Part shown: piece after piece, positions 1 to 10,465 of the stretch
How the letters are laid out: every line of letters starts with the position of its first letter
How positions within the stretch are numbered: the stretch's first letter is position 1
Assembly (NCBI GenBank): GCA_023213395.1
Contig: CM041465.1
Span: 49,421,741 to 49,485,740, forward strand
DNA from: Cycas panzhihuaensis
Taxonomy: Eukaryota > Plantae > Cycadophyta
Direction: 5' to 3'
DNA length: 64,000 nucleotides
Made by a program: the position numbers and the translations under genes
Notes under the pieces: generated by a model
Seen by the model: only the letters and a program-made list of their open reading frames with translations
What the model was told of the DNA's origin: nothing
Databases searched by the model: none

Positions 1-2099
1 TAATGGTTAAAGTTACAGCCACATATGATCCAAAAGCCTTTAAGGAAGCAAATAACAATCCTATATAGCAGTCATCCATGCAAGCTAAATTTGATACACT
101 TAAAAAGAATTCAACTTGGGCCTTAGCTACCCTTACCTCTAGTAAAACTTTGGTAGATTATAAATGGGTTTACCAAACAAAATGTAACTCAGAAGGAGTT
201 GTTAAAAAACATAAGGCACGTCTAGTAGCCAAAGTTTTTTCTCAAATTGACAGTATTGATTATATCAAAACCTTCTCTCCTATAGCTAAGATGAATACAA
301 TCAAAACCATCCTAGCCTTAATAGCTAAATTTGGCTGGAGAATCCATCAAATGGATGTTAAAAGTGTTTTTCTGAATAGAGATCTTAAAGAAAAAATTTA
401 TATGAAATAATCCCCTAGTTTCATTTGTAATCTTAATCTTGTGTATAAGTTAAAAACACCTTTATATCTTTAAAACAAGCTCCTTGCGCTTGGTATATAA
501 AGATAGATGACTATATTACACATAATAGATATACTAAGTGAATTAGTGATCCTAATCTTCACTTCAAATGAGAAGATAAAAATATTACCATCTTAATCCT
601 TTACATAGATGATATAATCATAACTAGATCTTTAATCTCTAGTATTTATCAATTAAAAGCTATCTTAATGGACAAATTTGAAATGACCGACTTAGGTCTT
701 TTACATTATTTCTTAGGTTTGTAAATTTATCAAACTAATTCAAATATAACCATTTCACAACCCAAGTATACACTTTACTTAATAAAAAGATTTAATATGG
801 AAAATGCTAAACCAGCATCAAACCCTCTACAATCAGGTATTAAACTATTAACTGATTCTCTCACACGTTTATTTGATCCTACTACATATCATCATCTTAT
901 AGGTAGTATAATTTATTTAATATATATCCACCCAGACATCTCTCATGTTATAGTTCTTTACTCTAGATACATGTAGAAACCTCACAAGTCATACTGGAAA
1001 GTTGCAAAATGAATTTTAAGATATCTATAAGGTATAATATTCTATGGCTTAACCTATCACTTATGTAGTATTAATCTAAAATTAATAGGTTATACAGACT
1101 CAAATTAGGCAGGAGACTCCGACGACCATAAGTTAACAGTCGATTATATTTTCTTTCTAGACTCTTCACTAATTACTTAGTCTAGCAAGAAAATACAAGT
1201 ATTAGCCCTATCCACAACCGAAGCTAAATATCAAGCACTTGTTGAAGCTAGTAAAAAATCACTTTAGATTAAATCCCTATTAAGTAAGCTTGAATTATTT
1301 CCTAACTCTTCTATTGAAATTAACATTAATAATCAAGGTGTGATATCTATTGATACTAATCTTATCACACATTCTAGAATAAAACATATAGAATTACATT
1401 AACATTTTATACGTAATCTTATAAATGATAAAAATTATTTACTTATTCTATTATTCTACAGACTTGTAGATTATAGACATTTTTACAAAACCATTGACCG
1501 AAGTAAAGTTATTAAATCTTAGAGAATTATTGAAGATTAAATAAGTCTTCATCAAAGAGGGATTAATATTCTGAAGTCTTCTTTATCTTCTCTTCTTCCT
1601 TCTTTCTTCTATATTATCTATTATATAAAAGATAACATTAAAGAGGGATGTTAGAATAATATTTATGTTTAATATTACCTCTTATTAATAGTCACTTTAT
1701 TAATATTATCTATTATATGGCTCATTAAAAATGATAACTACTTATTTTAACTAATCTCTACTTATTTATCCATTCCTACATTCTAGGAAGATAGTTAAAA
1801 TAGTCAAAGGTTTGAGGTTACATACGATCAAGGAGGTTGACTAGGTAATACTATTGTAGGAGGATGTTGCACAACCAAAGAGAGGATGAGATCCTCATCT
1901 ACCTCCATATTTATAATGTATTCTTTATTATATTGTATTAATTAACTATATTTAGGAGGTGGTTTTTTATCCCCCAAAGGAGTTTTCCACTTGTCAATCA
2001 TGATGTATATTTATATGTTTTATTCAATTCTATTATGTAGATCTTTATTCTTAACTCTTAAAATACATGTGATTGAAATAAGAATCCCTCTCTCTTACA
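1..2099 (+). mobile_element. Copia-1 (copy A): decayed RT/RNase H, PPT and 3' LTR (1649-2099)
   Basis: ORF 78-410 has KWVYQTK...KARLVAK...IHQMDVKSVFL; downstream LYIDD-like RT motif and RNase H remnants with many stops. PPT aaagaggga 1640-1648; LTR TGTTAG...CTTACA followed by TTCCT. Confidence 0.93.
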
Positions 2100-3624
2100 T
2101 TCCTATTTGACTATGTAAATTTGAATCCTCTCAGGTCAACATCCACTAATCCTTCTTTCTAGATAAAATCACCTATATCCATCATATTGGGTATCTATCC
2201 CTTCTACCCCCCTTTTTTCTTACTAGGGGAAAGAGCAGTATTGAAGTCTCCCACCACTACCCATGGTCCTTGCCAATTCTTGTAATGTTCCAATATCTTA
2301 TTCCATAACTCCTTTATCCCTTCCATAGTGGTGGGGGTATAAATATTTGTGGCAAGCCGTCATTGATCTATTCCCCTACTTATGAACTAGATGGACATGA
2401 AGTGTTTATCTATTACATAGACTTCTCCTTGCCAAAACATAGGGTTCTATAAAGTTGCCAACCCTCTAAAATCATGGCGAGCTTCCTTAATCTCCATTTC
2501 TTCTATTCTCCATATATTATTTTTAATATCTAATCTATTATTTCACTCCATCTTAGTTTCCTAGAGAAAGATGATGTCTAGCTTCAATCTCATACATAAA
2601 TCCTTAACTAATCTTTGCTTTGATAGGGCATTTAAGCCCCTTACATTCCCAAAGATTATCCTCATCTCTTGCTTCTCAGATTTGGGCCCTCCATCCCACC
2701 TTCCCTTAAGGTACATTAGCTTCCTTGATTAATTTGGGAAGTTATCTCCTTTTCTCTAACCATCTTTAAAGTAAGTCTGTCTATCCTCCTTTCACCACCT
2801 AGGTATGGGCCTCTATGTCCCCTAATACTCCTCTACTTCTCCTAGGGGACTTCCTCCTTATATCTCCTAATTGTTTCCTCTTGCACCTGGGTCATATGAT
2901 CTTCTATTATTTTTTGCCCTAAAATAAAGGGAGATCCTTCTAGGGCCTATCCCTCTCTATGGATTTCTCTCCATTCCTCTTTTCTTCCTTGAGAGGGCTC
3001 TTAGTCAACTCTAGCTCCCTGGCCCTGGTCTTCACCTACCTCATCCAAGGTATCCTCAACATCCAGGTTTAATCCTTTTCCCTCCTCTAGATTTGCCTCC
3101 CCTTCTATCTCTGTAGGGATTTATCCCAATAATTTCTTAATTTTCTCTAACCTAGATTCCTCCCATATTTCCTTGTTTAGCTCTCTTAGGAAATTCTGAG
3201 GTAGATGCATAGCTCTTTTGTATTTTATGCATTTGATATTTCTACTTTATATGCTAATGTTTGGTCTTTACTCCATTCCTCTATCTCTATCCTGACTCAG
3301 TCTGGAGGGATTTGCTAATTATTATCAAGACATAGAGCCTAACATTAATCAGTCTGATACAATTCTTAGTAGCAAAATCTATGGCAAGAAGGGGCCTAAT
3401 AGCTTTCGCCACCCCTTGGATAACTTCTAAATCCAACACTTGTAGGGGGAGTCCTAACATCTACACCTAGATTGGTATTTATTTTATAGTCAGTACTACA
3501 GGATCAAGATTTAGATACCATTTTTCTAAGAAAAAGGTTTTTCTCCCTAGAATCCAAAGGCCCTTAATAAGATATTGACTATATCTTTATGGTTTAAAAA
3601 TTTAAAAATAGCACAGCCCTGAGG
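2100..3624 (-). mobile_element. L1-type LINE remnant (copy A): ORF1 C-terminal part and ORF2 endonuclease N-terminus
   Basis: Minus strand from ATG at 2665 reads MRIIFGNVRGLNALSKQRLVKDLCMRLKLDIIFL*ETK (APE-type endonuclease). ORF1 has DUF4283-like and zinc-knuckle remnants. Truncated by a deletion at about 3625. Confidence 0.88.
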
Positions 3625-3628
3625 TAAC

Positions 3629-5000
3629 CTAGAGTTCATTTTAAATACAAAAATTATTGCCGTAGGTTTTCAACCAACTATTATGCTATGATTGGTATAT
3701 CACTAGTATATGTCTTTAGAAGAAACATTAGAACAAGGTGTGGCTTAGCTACAATATTGGGCTAATAAATATGAAAAGGAAGTTATGAATGAGAAAGAAA
3801 AGTAGTTGTTATAGGTAATTCAAAATAAGCTTATAGGAAATCTTTTCTAGGATGTCAACTACCTCCTAAAATAGAAGAGGGTAAAACATTTTTCAACAAG
3901 AGCAAAGAGGAAACAGTTTATTTTGGAAAAGGAAGAATAACTAGAGGAAAGAAAGATGAGGAATAGATGGAAGAATAAAGGGAGGAATGTATGGAAGAAT
4001 TTTTTTTTCTTAAAGTTGGTCAATGGAGTAAAGAAAAAGACATTGAAATCCAAGAAGATGATTATGAAGAAATTATAATTATTTATATACCAAAGTTACC
4101 TTGGCCCTCTATTCAAGAAGCTTCAACTTTGGTAGTAAAATCACCTAGTGTAGAAGAAACGTTTGCAATCACCAAAGAAAAGGAAGAATATTTTTCTATT
4201 GATAATCGAGTTTTTGAATAGCCATTAGATCCAACTTATTGTGATTTCTCTAATATTTCCAACTAAAAATCCTCTTTTCTAGCAAAAGTTACTAGAGCAC
4301 TTCTTTCTAAGTTAGAAGGTAAAACAAGAGCACCCCTAGCATTCCACTAGGACTAATTGATCAGCTACAAAAAGAAGTAGAAAGGAAAATTTACAATTCT
4401 TAATTTAATTTATTCAAGAATGGGTTGATGATGTATCCTCTATTTCTTCAAAAGTGGCTCTATTTTAGGAGACATTTGAGGAGAAATTTCTAATTGATTT
4501 ACAAGATGTTGTAGTCAAGCTCAACGGTTGGATACTATCTACTATTAATTATTTAAAGAACACTTTAAAATGCATGTTAAATGCGGACAATTATAGGCTA
4601 AACGTAGTCATGAAAGAACATAAAAACTATAATTTTAGCAACAGTTAAAAACAACATTATAACATAATAAGGAAATGAATAGATATCTTACCCAACTCTA
4701 AGAGTCAAAATAGTTAGTTGCAAATGAATCTAAGGAAGAAATTTATCTTTAAAAAGAGTAAATATTCTTATTAGTTTAATAACTAGAAAGCAAAAGCATG
4801 AAAGTCCCTCTTAGTTATGGCAAACCAGATGTACAAGAGTTAAGATACTTTTGGATTAAATTTAATGAACAAAGATGATGACAAGGAATGGCTCCCTATA
4901 ATCTATGTATATCATCAGGGCAAAAAGAATCAAGGGGATGAGGATAGTGATTGTTTTTTATGAATGAAGCCATTTGTCTCATTAGTAGAGAGGTGAGATG
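3629..5000 (+). pseudogene. Decayed accessory ORF of an old retroelement (acidic, coiled-coil-like); in B 31440-32289 plus 43521-44620
   Basis: B retains LYDVAKRVKFNWSSFLSKKIIHNL, reminiscent of plant retroelement extra ORFs, followed by E/K-rich low-complexity ORFs 3991-4221 and 43590-43889. Many stops. Confidence 0.4.
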
Positions 5001-5462
5001 TATACAAGAAATATGATCTTGCAATATTTGTGGAAAACATATCTTAATTCTTTTATGATTAGTAATTGCAACAAAGGTCTATGATAATCTGCAACAACTT
5101 GCAACAAAGGTCTATGAAAGCTTATGATACAGGTTTATAATAGAGGGTGAATAAACTATTATTAATTGATCATCAAATCAAGAATAAATAGTTAGGATTA
5201 AAAACAATTATGAAGTATATATATGTAATTACATGTGTAATAGAAAGCCAAGAGTGTGTGGCATAGTTGTGACCTTATGTGAAAAGGATTCTCCATGCTT
5301 CTAATGGAATTCCTTCTACCATGAATATGATGAATGGTGTTTTGAGACTCCATATATGTATTATGTTGTGAATTCCTTTTGTTGAATGCGTGTTATGGTT
5401 AGAATGTGGGTAAGGATTATTGGGATGAGCAATCTAAGAGAATATGTTAGTTAAGAGGAAAA

Positions 5463-6600
5463 TGTCACATTGAAGTTTGTTACCCAACAAACGCATACTT
5501 CTTCATATCCTTATATAATTATAACCATAAGTATTCTATTGTTGGGATCTTCTAAGTTGTTCTTTTTCCTACGAATTGTCCTCCTCATCGCTCATCATGA
5601 ACTTACTATAGCATATCATCCATTTCATCTTCTTCTATTCATCCATAAATGATATATGACAACCCTTTGAGACTACATGCTAACTCCATAGATACATAAT
5701 AGCATAAATACTCTCATTCTAATAATTATAAAATGTTACAAATAATAGAATACTAGTAATAACTTTTAATTATATTCAAAAGAAGTATTGAAGTAATAAT
5801 AAACATGGCAATATGCAAAGGAACTAAAATAATAACACATATTTAATTCATAATATAAAAAAACAATATTTAATAGAACAACTTATCTCTATTACAAAGT
5901 GTCTACAAGATAATAAAATATTTATTATATCTTTTGTTCCCCTTTGAGGTTAGGGAGCCTTTAGAAATAAGCTTCATTCTAAAGAAGATAAGGAGAAAAC
6001 TTCAAAATCTAGCTTTTCCAAATAACATATTTGCTCCTCATATATGGGTGGTTTTTCAAATTATTAATTATTTTATAATAAGGTCATCCTTAAAATAATT
6101 AATCATTTAAAATAGATTTAGTCTTCAATAATTAGTATTTATAACAATAATCTTAAAACTAGTATAACTACCTCATGCAATATCTATTTAGGGTCTACAA
6201 CCACTTGTTTTAAAATCAATAAATATCTTTATGTCATGAACCATATCTTACAATTAGAGTTTATTTTATTTATCTTGTAATTATAAAATAATTAATATGT
6301 ACTTACTTTAAAAGGTTCCTTCATCTAGTATAAGGGCTAAGTATACAATAATTCTTCCCCTCTTAATATGTTTTACCTTCAAATTATAGATATAGGTGGA
6401 CATTGGTGCCACTATGATTCAATGTCCACCTGAAGCTTATGCATATATTTAGGGATCAACCCCACTTGGTCAACTTGTTCATAGGTCAATAATCCATAAT
6501 GAAAATGATGTCTAATGATTCCCTACTTCTTATCATGTTTCACTCTCAAAACATTTTTAAATATGAACTTCAATGAATCCCATGGATTAACCTGTATAAT
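5463..6600 (-). mobile_element. Old Gypsy-like 3' end: putative 885-bp LTR (5463-6347), PPT and short internal remnant (B LTR: 45101-45985)
   Basis: Minus-strand purine tract aagaggggaaga (6353-6364) precedes TGTATAC; the putative LTR ends TGACA at 5463. A 12-bp stem hairpin lies at 6394-6431. Confidence 0.45.
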
Positions 6601-6864
6601 TACTAGTTGTTTGCATCTTTATATTACACTACTCTAATACTTACATCCTTTTATTTGATATATATTTATGTTGAAATATTTAATCTGTACTAGGTTTATA
6701 ACCTTGAGTTATGAGTCTCCCGCTTTATGTCTTATACTTTAGTTATTTTATTATTATTGTATTAGAATGATGAGACACAAGGATTACCCAACATTTCATA
6801 CAAGTGTCACTTTAGGTAGTTGTAAATATTCTTTTGTAGTTCTTTATATCTATATTGATTATGC

Positions 6865-7020
6865 ATTGAAGTTTTTTAATAAGAATGAGATAAATTAAAT
6901 ATACTTCTAAAATTAATATTCTTAGTATATTTTCTAGCTATCTATTGAATTTTTTAATAACAATGAGATGAATTATATATACTTCTAAAATTAATTTTCC
7001 TAGTGTATTTTGTGTCTATC
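6865..7020. repeat. Two-copy tandem repeat, period about 79 bp
   Basis: attgaa(g/t)tttttaataa.aatgagat.aatta.atatacttctaaaattaat starts at 6865 and 6944. Confidence 0.8.
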
Positions 7021-10000
7021 CATCTTAGTTAGATCCTAGTTTGAATGTCAAAATGATATCAAAGTAAAATTACGTGCATGTTTACACAAGTCTAAATGTA
7101 TATTTATGTAGATTAGGGTTTGTTTTAGAATAATAAAGTTTAGTTTGAACTTGATTAGGTTCAAGTTTGAGTAGATTTATGAGTGTTTAGAGCTCAAAAT
7201 AATTTTTTGAGCCTATACATGTTAAAAATTCTAGTTGTATTTTTCATTACATGTTACAATAATTTATTGCAAAGTTTGAGTGTATTTCAAGTTTTTCCTA
7301 TATTCTATTGTAGTGATGCTAATAGACATGATGTGGAAATTCACCCTTAAAGATTTAGTTTTAAATACAAATCTCTATGTACTACAAAATAGATACTAAT
7401 AATTATTATCTTTAAGAGAGACATCACAAAATAGGAAGAAGACATGCACATGCAAACCCCTTCAAAAATCTATTCCAAAATAAAAGAAAATAATTTGAAA
7501 TGAAGAAAGTTCATTAATTATGTGAGAGATTATCTCTCTATAAATACATGAAATGATTTGTAACCACTTACTATATGTAAGCCACTTGTCACTATTACAA
7601 AGAAGAGGGAATGACACATAACCCTCACTAACTTATAACTTAATGTCCTAAATAAAACAATACCTTTAACACCCTTTCTTAATATTTCATCTATCTTAAT
7701 CCAAGCCTATTCTTAAAAAATTAAAACTTGTCTTTGTTGAGAGGTTTATTCAGGATGTCTGTAAGTTATTCACTTGTTATACAATACTTTAGATATATCT
7801 CCTTATTCTGCAACTTCTTTAAAATGATGTGATCATGCACTTCAATGTGTTTGGTTCATGTGTGAAAGACTAGATTCTTTGTCATTCTTATTATGCTTTA
7901 GTTGTCATAGTAAAGTGTTATTAGTCCACTTTGTTATTAATTTAGATCTAATAGCAACTGCCTTATCCATACTATTTCACATGATGCACTAAATGTTGAT
8001 TTATATTCTATTTTTGTAGATAATAAGGCAATGATTGGTTGTCATTTGTTGTTCTAAGATACTATTATTTATCAATGAAGAAAGTAATATCCACTTGTTG
8101 AATTCCTTTTTTCTTTCTCTTACCCAAGTAGAATTATTATATACAACCAATTCTCCAATTTCATTTCTTATATATATAAGTTCTAGATCTAAAGTACCCT
8201 TCGAATACCTAAGTATCCTTTTACTTACTTTCTAATATAGTAAATTTGGATCCTGTATGTACCTAAAAATTACTCTAATAGAATACGAAATACCAAGTTT
8301 GGTGATCAAACTTCCAACTAATTGCTTATATAGAGTTATGTCAATTTAATCTTCTTCTATAGATGCAGTCAAATCATAACCTATTTCCATTTGAATTACA
8401 CAACTATTGCAATATTCCATTTTGAATTTCTTTAATAAGTCATTGATATATTTGTTTTGTAACAAGGTGATTGAATCCTCCTCTTATTTTACTTCTATAC
8501 CAAGGTAATAATTTAAAAATCCCAAGTTAGCCATTTCAAACCCTTTTTCTAGTTAAACCTTTATGGCTATGATGGATTGTATATCACTACCTAGAAGAAG
8601 CATATCATCTACGTATACGACAATTATTGTAATCAATCCTTGGTTTTTCTTAACATATAAATTAGGATCTAATTCACATCTCTAGAAATTATTTTGGATG
8701 AGATATTTGTCCAACTTGGCATACGAAGCCTTTAGAGCTTGTTTTAGCCTATATAAGGCCTTTTTAGCCTACATATAAGATGTTCTTATATGTTTTGAAT
8801 ATACCCTTTTAGTTAATGCATATATAATTCTTTTTGAAGGTCTCTATTCAAGAAGACATGTTTTACATCTAATTGATAGACTTTCCAATTATGTTGTGTG
8901 GCTAAGGCAACTACCATACTCACAGTATTTAGCTTTGCTACTAGAGAAAAGATTTTGTCATAGTCTATCCCTATAGTTTAAGTGTAGCTCTTAGTTACTA
9001 ATCTCACTTCGTATTTATCTATTTTACCATCAAAGTTCTTATTTATTTTGTACACCCATTTGCAATTGACAATTAATTTTCCTATAGGTGGTTCAACTAG
9101 TTCCCAGGATTTAATTTTAGAGATAGATTATATTTCTATATCCATTATTGATTTCCACTCAACATGATGACTTGCTTCTTCATATAACTAAGGTTCAACT
9201 AAACAAAATAGAACTTCATATTTTGGGGTTCTAGTCCTATGAAGGATAACTTCTTTAATTGTTTTGAGATACCATTTAAGTATCTTTCTAAAGGAAGTCA
9301 TGCTTTCCTCTTCTTCTTTAAGACTTGTTTCTCTAGGGAGTGTAGGAGCTCTTTCTAATTGTTCCTCTTCCTCTATTTCAATATCTTCAAATATGATTCC
9401 AAATATGTCTTCAAGTGGGGGGATTTTTATAGGAGATTTCCATGTAGTCACATTAATTTCCTGATATATTACTAGACTTCCAACAATGTCTTACTCATTA
9501 AAAATAACATCCCCACTTATATAGAATTTGTTTACCTTTGGGTTAATGCATCTATAAGTTTTTGAATTTATGCATTCTATACTTTTATAATTAAGTTTGG
9601 ATCTTTTCTTATAAAAAATATGAACAAAAGCCTGGCAACCAAAGATTTTTTGATTACTTACATCATGTTTGTATCATGCCCATGCCTCTTCTCGAGTTAC
9701 CTTATTCAAGGCTTGAGTTGGACCTCAATTTATTAGATAAATTATTATATTTATAACTTCTACCTAATAAGTTTTCAAAATATGTCTATCTTAAATTAGA
9801 CAGCGAGCCATGTCTATAATGGTTCTATTCATCTTCTTGGCTCAACCATTGGATTAAGGAGTATATGGAGTCATGATTTATTGATGTATCCCATGAGTCT
9901 TACAAAAGAACTAAAATTATTTTTAAGTATACTTGCCTATTCCATCAAACCTAATGCACTTTAATTTGTTTTCACATTCTATTTCATCTTTAACCTTGAA

Positions 10001-10153
10001 TTCTTTAAATTTATCAGATGTTTTAGATTTACTATAAAGGAAGTATATCCAAATTTTCTTAGAAAAATCATCAATGAATGTAAGAAAGTAGATAGTCCCA
10101 TTGATTGAGCTTAGAGTAATGGGCCCATAAAAATTAAAATGCTCTAACTCTAG

Positions 10154-10465
10154 TGTGACTTGTTGTTACACCAAAATCCCACAGGTGATTTAAGAAGAGA
10201 ACTCCTTGACAAGTGAACCAACCATAGTCCAACACTCCCCTATGATGAGGATGCCACCATAGCATGTACCACTTGTATTATAATCCAACATGAATCAGGG
10301 GTACATGGGGATGCTATCAGGGAAAGGGGCTTTCTCTGGTATATGCGTGGGATTTGAACCTTAAACTTGGGCTCTGATACCACTTGTGACTTTCCATTGC
10401 ACCAAAACCCCACAAGTGATTTAGGAAGAGGACTCCTTGGCAAGTGAACCAATGATAGTCTAACA
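10154..10465 (-). mobile_element. 312-bp TRIM (copy A): 81-bp LTRs at 10154-10234 and 10385-10465, 150-bp internal region
   Basis: TG...CA direct repeats; perfect tRNA-iMet PBS TGGTATCAGAGC (10371-10382, minus); PPT aggggag; TSD TCTAG/TTTAG; no coding capacity. Confidence 0.95.
10350..10404 (-). promoter_or_regulatory. tRNA-type (type 2) Pol III promoter-like A box and B box in the TRIM
   Basis: A box TGGTGCAATGG (10394-10404) and B box GGTTCAAATCC (10350-10360) with a 33-nt spacer. B copy: 50046-50056 and 50002-50012. Confidence 0.6.

Noticed and set aside
5066-5160. Sirevirus-like PBS/LTR boundary (gcttatgataca...agagggtgaata) beside a 33-bp-period repeat
   Set aside because: Too degenerate, with no partner LTR or TSD.
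10340-10411. True tRNA gene within the TRIM
   Set aside because: A and B boxes are present, but I see no convincing acceptor or anticodon stem pairing, and it lies within an LTR/PBS.
10154-10465. Cassandra element
   Set aside because: No 5S rRNA-like sequence seen and the LTRs are much shorter than Cassandra LTRs.
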